NCBI GenBank assembly: GCA_963720545.1
Contig: OY970399.1
Span: forward strand, 896,001 to 960,000
Direction: 5' to 3'
Length of the DNA stretch: 64,000 bases
Origin: an uncultured Acidobacteriota bacterium
GTDB taxonomy: Bacteria > Acidobacteriota > Vicinamibacteria > Fen-336
The notes under the pieces are model-generated. The model searched no databases. It was not told the origin of the DNA and worked only from the letters and a program-made list of their open reading frames with translations. Shown piece after piece: positions 49,739 through 58,583 of the stretch. Within the stretch, counting starts at the first letter, position 1, and each line of letters starts with the position of its first letter. Both the position numbers and the translations under genes were made by a program.

Positions 49739-52597
49739 ATGTTCGAGCGTTCGAGATTCATCCGGCGGGTGTCGATCGCGGCGGCGGCATTGCTCGCGGC
49801 GATCGCACCATCAATACACGCGCAGACATCGACGGTGGTGATTCGCGGCAAGGTCGTCGACGAACAGGGCGCCACCCTGCCGGGCGTCTCGATCACCGCG
49901 CGCAACGTGGCGACGAGCGCGAGCCGCAGCGTCGTCAGCGAGGCGAACGGGCAGTTCTTCATCCCCAACCTGCAGCCGGGAACCTATGAGGTGACGGCGA
50001 GCCTCGGCGGCTTCTCCGCCAGCAAGCGCGCCGGCCTGCTGCTGCGCGTCGGCCAGGAAGCGACCGTGGACTTCACCATGAAGGTGGGCACGGTGGCCGA
50101 GGAGATCACGGTCACCGGCGACTCGCTGGTGCTGGAGACGACCAAGAATTCCATCGGCACCATCATCGACAAGGACCAGATCGACGCGCTGCCGGTGCTC
50201 GACCGCGACTTCGCGTCGCTCGCCAAGCTGTCGCCGGGCGTTACCACCGGGGCCGGTGGCAACGGCGATTCGCTGTCGTTCAACGGCCAGCACGGCTACT
50301 CGAACGGCTTCTTCGTCGACGGCGCCTCGGCGGAGTGGAACTACTACGGCAAGCAGTCCTCGACCTTCGTGCAGGACTGGATCCAGGAATTCCAGGTGCT
50401 GACGAACTCCTTCCCCGCCGAGTTCGGCACCGCCTCGGGCGGCATCATCAACGCCGTCACCCGCAGCGGCGGCAACGAGTTCCACGGCCGCGCCTACGGC
50501 TTCTTCCGCAACGACGCGCTCGACTCCGGCAACTTCACCGGCGCCTTCGTGAACGGTGAGCCGCAGTTCTTCGAGGGCGACGAGAAGCCCCAGCTGAGCC
50601 AGAAGCGGCTCGGCGGCTTCCTGAGCGGCCCGCTGGTCAAGGACAAGCTGTTCTTCTTCGCCGGCTACGAGCGCTTCACGCGCGACTCGTCCGAGGCGCT
50701 CGGCATCACCGACTACTGGCGCGACCGCGGCGTCAAGTCGGTGGTGCCGATCGAGGGCCACGACAACCCGTTCATCGTCAAGCTCGACGCCGACGTCAAC
50801 GGCAGCAACCACCTGTCGCTGCGCTACGACCGCACAGACCGCATCGACACCAACCAGTCGCAGGTGAGCGGCCCCACCGACACCGAGGAGGTCCGCTACA
50901 GCTTCGGCGGCCCGATCTGGAACATGGTCGGACAATGGACGACCACGCTCGGCAACAGCAAGTTCAACGAGTTCCGCGCGGTCTACGGCTCGAACGAGCC
51001 GCCGATCATCTGCAACAAGTCGGGGACGGGCGGCCAGGGCAACCTGCAGCAGCGGCCCGGCACCTTCTCGACGCAGATCTACCCTGGCGCCACTTTCGGC
51101 TGCCCGATCTTCACCGGCCTCGAGGGCGAGAAGACGCTGCAGATCATCGACAACTTCTCGTTCGTCAAGGGCAACCACCAGTTCAAGGTCGGCGGCCAGG
51201 GCTACCGGGTCAACACCATCATCGACGTCACCAACTTCCACGACGGCTACTGGCAGTTCCCCAGCGACCTGCTCTTCGACATCAACAACCCCGCGAGCTA
51301 CCCCGACGTCTTCCAGGGCAACATCGGCACGGTCAACGTCAACGTCAAGCAGTGGAACGTGTACGGCTACGCCCAGGACACGTGGCAGCTCAACGACAAG
51401 TGGGTGCTGAACCTCGGCATCCGCTACGACCTCGACAACAGCGTCAAGGCCGGGAACGAGTACGTCGACCAGAAGAACGCGCAGCTTGTGGCGCGCTACG
51501 GCGGCACGGCGCCGCTGCAGAAGACCAAGGCCGACAAGAACAACTTCTCGCCGCGCCTCGGCATCGTCTACACGCCCGGTGCCGACAAGCGCACCACGTT
51601 CCGCGCCGCTGCGGGACGCTTCTACGACCAGAACCACAACAACTTCAACGCGATCTACTACGCCAACACGCTGCTGGCCGACCGCTTCATCGTGTTCGAC
51701 GCCAACGATCCGTTCTCGGCCGAGCCGTTCGGCGGCTCCGCCGCCCTGCGCCAGTTCCTGGCGAACGCGTTCCCGTTCTTCCCCGACCTGACGCTGGCGC
51801 CGGCGCCCTCGGACATCATCAACCGCAACGACCCGAACCTGAAGGTGGCCTATACCGACCAGCTGACTGCCGGCGTCGGCCATGACTTCGGCAACGGCCT
51901 GCGCGTCGACGCCGACCTCGTCTACACGCGCGGCGAAGGCATCCCGATCTACATCGACGACAACGTGGCGCTGGTGAACGGCCAGTACATCCAGGTCGAT
52001 CCGCGCTTCAACTCGGTGTCGACGCTCAAGAACGTGGGCTGGAGCCGCTACAAGGCGCTCCTCACCCAGGCGCGCTACCGCCGCGGCAAGGGCAACATCG
52101 ACCTCTCGTACACGCTGAGCAAGACCACCTCGAACAACAACACCAACATCTTCGGCAACAGCCCCACCAACCCGCTCGACCTGTCCGAAGACGAGGGCCC
52201 CGACACCATCGATCGCCGCCACAACCTGGTGGTGAACGCCAACTACACGTTCCCCCTCGACTTCCAGGTGGCGGGAATCTGGACCGTGCGCAGCGCGGCG
52301 CCCTACAGCGCCACCCAGCGCTTCAACAGCGACCCGGACGATCCGTTCAACGATCGGCCCGAACCGCGCAATTCGCGCCGCGGCGACAGCTTCAACACCG
52401 TGGACCTGCGCCTGTCGAAGATGTTCAAGCTGGGCGGCGACGTGCGCGTCACCGCGTTCTGGGAGGTGTTCAACGCCCTCAACACCACCAACTTCAACAC
52501 CTTCTTCACGCGCATCGACATCCCGGACACCTTCGGCCAGCCGAACTCGGCGTTCGAGAAGCGCCGCCAGCAGGGCGGGCTGCGCATCGACTTCTAG
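49739..52597 (+). CDS. TonB-dependent receptor (Oar-like)
   Basis: RBS GAGGAGG, signal peptide, AEFG.ASGGIINAVTRSG, QDTW, LNLGIRYD, SPRLG, C-terminal GLRIDF. Confidence 0.93.
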   Translation: MFERSRFIRRVSIAAAALLAAIAPSIHAQTSTVVIRGKVVDEQGATLPGVSITARNVATSASRSVVSEANGQFFIPNLQPGTYEVTASLGGFSASKRAGLLLRVGQEATVDFTMKVGTVAEEITVTGDSLVLETTKNSIGTIIDKDQIDALPVLDRDFASLAKLSPGVTTGAGGNGDSLSFNGQHGYSNGFFVDGASAEWNYYGKQSSTFVQDWIQEFQVLTNSFPAEFGTASGGIINAVTRSGGNEFHGRAYGFFRNDALDSGNFTGAFVNGEPQFFEGDEKPQLSQKRLGGFLSGPLVKDKLFFFAGYERFTRDSSEALGITDYWRDRGVKSVVPIEGHDNPFIVKLDADVNGSNHLSLRYDRTDRIDTNQSQVSGPTDTEEVRYSFGGPIWNMVGQWTTTLGNSKFNEFRAVYGSNEPPIICNKSGTGGQGNLQQRPGTFSTQIYPGATFGCPIFTGLEGEKTLQIIDNFSFVKGNHQFKVGGQGYRVNTIIDVTNFHDGYWQFPSDLLFDINNPASYPDVFQGNIGTVNVNVKQWNVYGYAQDTWQLNDKWVLNLGIRYDLDNSVKAGNEYVDQKNAQLVARYGGTAPLQKTKADKNNFSPRLGIVYTPGADKRTTFRAAAGRFYDQNHNNFNAIYYANTLLADRFIVFDANDPFSAEPFGGSAALRQFLANAFPFFPDLTLAPAPSDIINRNDPNLKVAYTDQLTAGVGHDFGNGLRVDADLVYTRGEGIPIYIDDNVALVNGQYIQVDPRFNSVSTLKNVGWSRYKALLTQARYRRGKGNIDLSYTLSKTTSNNNTNIFGNSPTNPLDLSEDEGPDTIDRRHNLVVNANYTFPLDFQVAGIWTVRSAAPYSATQRFNSDPDDPFNDRPEPRNSRRGDSFNTVDLRLSKMFKLGGDVRVTAFWEVFNALNTTNFNTFFTRIDIPDTFGQPNSAFEKRRQQGGLRIDF

Positions 52598-52603
52598 GCC
52601 GGG

Positions 52604-53803
52604 CTAGGAGAGACGCTCGGTAGCGACGAGGTCTTCGAAGGTTTCGCGGCGGCGGACCAGTTGCGGTCTGCCGCCGCGCACCAGCACCTCGGCGGCGCGC
52701 GGCCGCATGTTGTAGTTCGACGACATGCTGAAGCCGTAGGCGCCCGCGTCGCGCACCACCAGCAGGTCCCCCGCCTCGACCGCCTCCAGCTCGCGCTCGC
52801 GGGCGAGGAAGTCGCCGCTCTCGCAGACCGGGCCGACGATGTCGGCGACGATCGTGCCGCGCCCCCGAGGCTGCACCGGCGCGATGCGGTGGAATGCGCC
52901 GTAGAGCGCCGGGCGCAGCAGGTCGTTGATGCCGGCATCCACCACCACGAACTCGCGGCCGTGGTTCTGCTTGCGGTACAAGGTCCGCGTCAGTAGCACG
53001 CCGGCGGGACCGACGATGGAGCGCCCCGGTTCGAGCAGCACGGTGAGCGGCACCTGTCGAAGCACCGGCACGAGCGCCGCGGCCAGGTCGGCAGGCGCGG
53101 GCATGCCCGTGCCGTGGTAGTCGATGCCGAGCCCGCCGCCGACGTTGATCGTCTCGAGCGGAAAGCCGCACTTCAAAAGGTCCCGCGACAGATCGACCAC
53201 AGCCTGCGCCGCGGCCGCCATCGGCGCCACTTCCGTGATCTGCGAGCCGATGTGGCTCTGCACGCCGACGAGGCGCACGCCGACGAGCCGCGTGGCGCGC
53301 TCGAAGATGCTGACAGCATCGTCGATGTCGACGCCGAACTTGCTGTGCCGCAGCCCGGTGGAAATGAAGGGATGCGAGCGCGCGTCGATGTCGGGGTTGA
53401 CGCGCAGCGACACCCGGGCGGTGTGCCCCATCGCGGCCGCGATCGCCGCCAGCCGGCGGATCTCGTCTTCGCTCTCGGCGCAGAACTCGCCGATGCCCTC
53501 GTCCACGCCCTGCGCGAGCTCGCCGTCCTGCTTGCCGGCGCCGGCGAAGTAGATGCGCCCGGCCGGGAAGCCGGCGCGCCGCGCGGCGAGCAGCTCGTAA
53601 CCAGAGACGATGTCTGCCGAAAGCCCGGCCTCGGCCAGCATGCGCAGGATGGCGCCGTTGCTGTTGGCCTTCAGCGCGTAGCAGATGCGGTGCGGCAGCG
53701 CCGCGAACGCAACCGCGTATTGCGCCACGGCAGCGAGGATCGCCTCGGCGTCGTAGACATAGAGCGGCGTGCCGTAGGCGCGGGCGAGCGCTTCCAGGTC
53801 CAT
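52604..53803 (-). CDS. lysA: Diaminopimelate decarboxylase
   Basis: YGTPLYVY, YALKAN (PLP Lys), SKFG, HIGSQ, NVGGG, EPGR, GPVCESGD, GAYG..MSSNYN. Confidence 0.95.
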   Translation of the reverse strand: MDLEALARAYGTPLYVYDAEAILAAVAQYAVAFAALPHRICYALKANSNGAILRMLAEAGLSADIVSGYELLAARRAGFPAGRIYFAGAGKQDGELAQGVDEGIGEFCAESEDEIRRLAAIAAAMGHTARVSLRVNPDIDARSHPFISTGLRHSKFGVDIDDAVSIFERATRLVGVRLVGVQSHIGSQITEVAPMAAAAQAVVDLSRDLLKCGFPLETINVGGGLGIDYHGTGMPAPADLAAALVPVLRQVPLTVLLEPGRSIVGPAGVLLTRTLYRKQNHGREFVVVDAGINDLLRPALYGAFHRIAPVQPRGRGTIVADIVGPVCESGDFLARERELEAVEAGDLLVVRDAGAYGFSMSSNYNMRPRAAEVLVRGGRPQLVRRRETFEDLVATERLS

Positions 53804-53811
53804 GCTGCCCT

Positions 53812-55158
53812 CTAGCGCGGCGCGTCGCGGCGCCCGGGGCTCGCGGCCAGTGCCGCGGCCGCCACACCTGAGAGGCCGATGAGGCCGACAATGTTCGGGA
53901 ACACCTGCAGGGTGTTCATCAGGTCGCCGTAGTTCCAGACGGTCTCGACCTTGGTGGTCGCGCCGAAGAAGATCAGGCCGCAGTAGATCCAGCGATACGG
54001 CATCACCACCCAGCGGCCGAACACGTATTCGAGGAACTGCTCGCCGTAGTACGCCCAGCCGATGAGCGTCGTGTAGCCGAAGAGGAACGCGCAGATCGCG
54101 ACGATGTAGCCGCCGTAGGCGGGCATCGAGGCGTTGAACGCCGCGGCCACGGCGGCGGTGCTGGTGAGCCCCGACCGCCAGGCGCCGGTGAGCAGGATGG
54201 TGAGCGCGCTGATCGACGAGGTGACGAAGGAGATGATGAACACCTCCATCACCGCGTTCAGCCCCTGGTGCACGGGGTCGTCGGTCTTCGCGGTGCCGTA
54301 CATGACCGCCGCAGTGCCGTAGCCGGCTTCGTTCGCGTAGATGCCGCGCGCGAGGCCGTAGCGCATCGCCTGCGACATGGCGATGCCGACGGCACCGCCG
54401 CCGGCGGCGGTCGGCGTGAAGGCTTCGTGGAAGATCGACGCGAACACCGCGGGCAGCTGGCTGGCGTGGGTGACGATAACCACCAGCCCGCCGATGAGGT
54501 AGAGCCCCACCTTTAGAGGCGAGAGCCGCTCCGCGGCGCGACCGATCGACGAGATGCCGCCGATGATGACGAGCCAGGCGAGGATGGCGAGGAAGATGCC
54601 GGACGCGTAGGGCGGGATGCCGAACTCGCTCTTGAAGGCGACGGCAATCGAGTTCGGCTGCGTCATCGGCGTGGTGGTGAGCGCCGCGACCCCGGCGAGG
54701 AGCGCATAGATCCAGCCGAGCCACGGCAGCTTCATGCCGTCGCGCAGGTAGTGCATGGGCCCCGCGGACAGGCGCGCCTGGTCGGTGCGGCGGTACTTGA
54801 TGCCGAGCACCGCTTCGGTGAACTTCACCGCGGTGGCGAAGAAGCCGTAGCACCAGATCCAGAACACCGCCCCCGGGCCGCCGGAGACGACGGCTGTCGC
54901 AACGCCCGCGATGTTGCCGGTGCCGATGGTGGCGCCGAGCGCCGCCATGAAGGACTGGAACGGTGTGAGGACGCCGCCGCCCTTGGTGCCGGCAGAACGC
55001 GGCCACATGGTGAAGAAGGCGTCCTTGAAGCGGACCACCTGCACGAAGCGCAGCCGCAGCGTGAGAAAGAGCGCCGTGCCGAGGAACAGGAAGCGCGTCC
55101 ACGGACCGAAAACGAAGTCCGCGGCCTGCTGGATGAGGGTGGCGACGTCCACGGACAT
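53812..55158 (-). CDS. Alanine/glycine:cation symporter (AGCS family)
   Basis: IGTGNIAGVA, GGPGAVFW, ANEAGYG, FGYTTLIGWAYYGE. Confidence 0.92.
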   Translation of the reverse strand: MSVDVATLIQQAADFVFGPWTRFLFLGTALFLTLRLRFVQVVRFKDAFFTMWPRSAGTKGGGVLTPFQSFMAALGATIGTGNIAGVATAVVSGGPGAVFWIWCYGFFATAVKFTEAVLGIKYRRTDQARLSAGPMHYLRDGMKLPWLGWIYALLAGVAALTTTPMTQPNSIAVAFKSEFGIPPYASGIFLAILAWLVIIGGISSIGRAAERLSPLKVGLYLIGGLVVIVTHASQLPAVFASIFHEAFTPTAAGGGAVGIAMSQAMRYGLARGIYANEAGYGTAAVMYGTAKTDDPVHQGLNAVMEVFIISFVTSSISALTILLTGAWRSGLTSTAAVAAAFNASMPAYGGYIVAICAFLFGYTTLIGWAYYGEQFLEYVFGRWVVMPYRWIYCGLIFFGATTKVETVWNYGDLMNTLQVFPNIVGLIGLSGVAAAALAASPGRRDAPR

Positions 55159-55191
55159 TGGACGCGATGTTAGCGGAGAATAGCGGCGGCC

Positions 55192-55797
55192 ATGCGCGAG
55201 GTGATCACCGCGGAAGACGTCCGCCTGGTAGCGCCGGGCGGCGAGATCGTCGTGGCGCCAGGCGCGCTGGTGACGCCCTGGGCCATCGAGATCGCGCAGT
55301 CGCGCGGCGTGCGCATCGTCCACGGCACGATCGCGGCCAAGGCCGCGGCGATCGCGATCGGCGCCGACCACGGCGGCTACGCGCTGAAGGAAGAGCTGAA
55401 GGGCTGGCTCGCGCGCTGCGGCTACCGCTTCCACGACCTCGGCACCCACAGCAAGGATCCGGTCGACTACCCGGACATCGCGCACGCCGTCGCGAACGCG
55501 GTGCGGCAAGGCGACGCGCGCTTCGGCATCCTGGTGGACGGCGCCGGCATCGGCTCGGCGATGGCCGCGAACAAGGTGCCCGGAGTCCGCGCCGCTCTCT
55601 GCCGCGACGCCGCCGCCGCGCGTAACGCCCGCGAGCACAACGACGCCAATGTGGTGACGCTGGGCGCCGGCTGGGCCGACGTCGCCGCGGCCCAGCAGAT
55701 CCTCGAGGTGTTCCTGAACGCCCAGTGCACGGAGGAGCGCCACCTGCGCCGGGTGCGCAAGATCGACGCTCTCGACGAGAATTACAAGGGCCAATGA
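55192..55797 (+). CDS. rpiB: Ribose-5-phosphate isomerase B with EutQ-N-like N-terminal extension
   Basis: [41 protein letters not shown]; extension VITAEDV...[10 protein letters not shown]...GV.I. Confidence 0.88.
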   Translation: MREVITAEDVRLVAPGGEIVVAPGALVTPWAIEIAQSRGVRIVHGTIAAKAAAIAIGADHGGYALKEELKGWLARCGYRFHDLGTHSKDPVDYPDIAHAVANAVRQGDARFGILVDGAGIGSAMAANKVPGVRAALCRDAAAARNAREHNDANVVTLGAGWADVAAAQQILEVFLNAQCTEERHLRRVRKIDALDENYKGQ

Positions 55798-56678
55798 CCG
55801 ATCCCCGCCTGGTCGAGACGATCGTCCGCGCCGTTCTTGCGCAGCTTGGCGCGAAGGAAGACGCGGCACCGTGCGCGTGCCATGGGGCGCTGCGCGGCTG
55901 CTGCCCCGACCGCATGGACCGCCTGGTCGGCCACGGTGCCGAGCGCTTCGGCCTGCAGGCGGGCGGCACCGTCTATCCGCCGCAGATCGCGCGGCTCATC
56001 GACCACACGCTGCTGAAGCCGGACGCCAGCCGCGAGCAGCTCGAGACCTTGTGCCGCGAGGCGCGCGAGCACGGCTTCGCGACCGTCTGCGTCAACCCCG
56101 CGTGGGTGGGCCTGTGCGCGGCCCTGCTGCAAGGCTGTGAAACGCGCGTCTGCACCGTGGTCGGCTTTCCGCTCGGCGCGACGCTGCCGGAAGTGAAGGC
56201 GTTCGAGACCGAGCGAGTCATCGCCGCGGGTGCCTGCGAGGTCGACATGGTGATGAATGTCGGCGCGCTGAAGTCGGGCGACTACCGCCTGGTGGAGCGC
56301 GACATGGCGGGTGTGGTCACGCCCTGCCGGCGTGCCGGTGTCGTTTCCAAGGTCATCATTGAAACAGCGCTCCTCAGCGACGACGAGAAGGTGCGCGCCT
56401 GCGTGCTCGCCAAGGCGGCCGGCGCCGACTTCGTCAAGACCTCGACCGGCTTCGCCTCCGGTGGCGCGACCGCCGAAGACGTCGCGCTGATGCGGCGCGT
56501 GGTCGGCCCCGCGATGGGCGTGAAGGCGGCCGGCGGCGTGCGCGACCTGAAGTCGGCGCAGGCGATGATCGACGCCGGCGCCGACCGTATCGGCGCGAGC
56601 GTCGGCGTGAAGATCGTCCAGGAGAGCCGCGGCCTGGCGTCTGCCGCCGCGGCGGGCGAACCGGCCAAGGGCTACTAG
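55794..56678 (+). CDS. deoC: Deoxyribose-phosphate aldolase with encapsulation-peptide-like N-terminus
   Basis: IDHTLLK, VGFPLG, EVDMV, KVIIE, FVKTSTG, VKAAGG, RIGAS; ATGA overlap with rpiB. Confidence 0.93.
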   Translation: MTDPRLVETIVRAVLAQLGAKEDAAPCACHGALRGCCPDRMDRLVGHGAERFGLQAGGTVYPPQIARLIDHTLLKPDASREQLETLCREAREHGFATVCVNPAWVGLCAALLQGCETRVCTVVGFPLGATLPEVKAFETERVIAAGACEVDMVMNVGALKSGDYRLVERDMAGVVTPCRRAGVVSKVIIETALLSDDEKVRACVLAKAAGADFVKTSTGFASGGATAEDVALMRRVVGPAMGVKAAGGVRDLKSAQAMIDAGADRIGASVGVKIVQESRGLASAAAAGEPAKGY

Positions 56679-56686
56679 GCAGCCGG

Positions 56687-57958
56687 TTGGCGGCAGTCGA
56701 CGTCGGGCCGATCCCCACGGCGGAGCAGAACCAGTCCGCCACCGACCTCTTCTTCATCGTCGCCGGCGCCAACATCGTGGCGACGACGCTCGTCACCGGC
56801 GCGGCACTCGCGGGGCGGCTGGCACCGGGCCGCGCGCTGGGGCTCATCGCCCTCGGGGCCGTGGCAGGGACGCTGCTGGTGGCGGCGCTGGTGCCGGTCG
56901 GCTCACGGTACGGCGTGCCGTCGATCATCGCCGCGCGCGCCGCGCTGGGACGCGACGGCGCCTCGGTGCTGGCGGTCGGCGTGTACCTCACCAACTTCGC
57001 GTGGATCGCGGTCAACAACGTGATCGCCGCGTCCGTCTGCGCCGCGGCCATGCCGGGCGGGCCGTCGAGACGTGTGTTTGCCGTGATCCTCGGGCTGCTG
57101 GCCACCGCGATCGTGGCCGCAGGCCCGCGCCTCGTCGCGCGCGCCGACCGGCTGGCCGTGCCGCTGATGCTGCTGGTCGGCGTCCTCATGACATGGGCGG
57201 CTGTGCGCCTGCCCCACCTGCCGCCGGAAGCGCTGCCGCTGCCGGGCGGCGTCCTGCCCATTGTCGCTGGCCTAGACATCGTGATCGCCTACCAGGTGTC
57301 GTGGCTGTTCTTCTTCGCCGACTACCCGCGCTTCACGCGCAGCCCGAAAAAGGCCCAGGCCGCCGTCTTCCTGGGGCTCGCGCTCACCAGCGCCTGGTTC
57401 ATGTCGCTCGGATACCTCTCGGCGCGCGCGGCGGGCAGCACCGACCCGGGCGCGATGATGGCGGCGCTCGGCCTGATGGGCCCCGGCGCGCTGCTGCTGG
57501 CGCTCGCCACCATCGCCAGCAACTTCGTCAACATCTACATGTCGGCGCTCGCCTGGAAGAGCCTGTTCCCGCGAACCCGCGACGCGGCGTCGGTCTGGGC
57601 GATCGGCGGCATCGGCGCCGCGCTGAGCCTGCTCGACCAGGGCTGGCTCGCCCGCTACGGCGCCTTCATGGCGATTCTCGGCGGCTTGTTCGTGCCGGTG
57701 GCCGGGATCCTGTTCGCGCGCTTCTTCCTGCTGCGCCGGCCGGTCGTGGTCGAGGCGCTCTACGCCAAAACCGGCAGCGGCTCCAGATACGATCGCCCGG
57801 CGCTCGCGGCATGGGTGGTGGGCGCCGCGGTTTACTTGTTCTTTTCCTTCGCCTTCACGGCGGCGCCGATCGGCGGCACGCTGCCGTGCCTCGCCACCGC
57901 GGTGGTTTGCTACCTGCTCTTAACGCGCGCCGAGGCCCAGCGGCGGCTCGCCGCCTGA
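56687..57958 (+). CDS. NCS1 nucleobase:cation symporter (CodB/CytX-like)
   Basis: GANI, GSRYGVPS...RAALG, SWL...ADY.RF, N..N.Y; many TM helices; TTG start. Confidence 0.82.
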   Translation: MAAVDVGPIPTAEQNQSATDLFFIVAGANIVATTLVTGAALAGRLAPGRALGLIALGAVAGTLLVAALVPVGSRYGVPSIIAARAALGRDGASVLAVGVYLTNFAWIAVNNVIAASVCAAAMPGGPSRRVFAVILGLLATAIVAAGPRLVARADRLAVPLMLLVGVLMTWAAVRLPHLPPEALPLPGGVLPIVAGLDIVIAYQVSWLFFFADYPRFTRSPKKAQAAVFLGLALTSAWFMSLGYLSARAAGSTDPGAMMAALGLMGPGALLLALATIASNFVNIYMSALAWKSLFPRTRDAASVWAIGGIGAALSLLDQGWLARYGAFMAILGGLFVPVAGILFARFFLLRRPVVVEALYAKTGSGSRYDRPALAAWVVGAAVYLFFSFAFTAAPIGGTLPCLATAVVCYLLLTRAEAQRRLAA

Positions 57959-58516
57959 AACCCGCTTGAGGTAGGAATCGCACACGTCCTTGGAGTCGAG
58001 CCCGAGGACGCGGCAATAGGCCTGCAGGTAGCCCTTGAGATAGAGCGCCGCGGGGAACGCGCTGTAACGGTCGGTCTCGATGCTCTCGAGGTAATGGGTG
58101 CGGATCTTGGTTTCGCGGGCGATCTGCTCCAGCGAGACCCCGCGCGCCGTGCGGTAGGCGCGCAGCACCTTGCCGCTGAACGGACCCACTGGCGGCGGCA
58201 CCGTGGTGTTCTTCGGGATCGGCGCGACCACGGGGGGATGCTGCACCACCTCGCGGTCCTTGCCGCGGCGGTCGGTGCCGTTCATCTTGCGGGCGCGATC
58301 GTAGGCGCGGCGCAGCGTCGGATCGCGCAGCACCTTGTACGCCTCCTCGATGCTTTCGCGCTGCGCGGCGAGTTCGTCCGGTTTTCCGCCCAGCTGCGCC
58401 CCGAGCGCGGGATCGGCGTAGATTCCCTTCACGAACAGGTAAGCGCGTTCTATCTGGGCGACGGGGGCATCCGGCTCGAGGCCGAGAATTTCGTAGTGCC
58501 CCTTGTTGGAATCCAA
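57920..58516 (-). CDS. J-like domain + RodZ-type helix-turn-helix protein
   Basis: RBS GGAGGAG before TTG; HYEILGL...IERAY...EEAYKVLRDP..RRAYD without HPD; G..LR..R..RGVSLEQIA..TKI...YL..IE...YLKGYL..Y...LGLD. Confidence 0.8.
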   Translation of the reverse strand: MDSNKGHYEILGLEPDAPVAQIERAYLFVKGIYADPALGAQLGGKPDELAAQRESIEEAYKVLRDPTLRRAYDRARKMNGTDRRGKDREVVQHPPVVAPIPKNTTVPPPVGPFSGKVLRAYRTARGVSLEQIARETKIRTHYLESIETDRYSAFPAALYLKGYLQAYCRVLGLDSKDVCDSYLKRVSGGEPPLGLGAR

Positions 58517-58583
58517 GGCTTCGCTCCTCCGGATCCTGTTGACCGCCATGAGGATAGCCCACGCGGGCGCCCCCCGGCAACAC

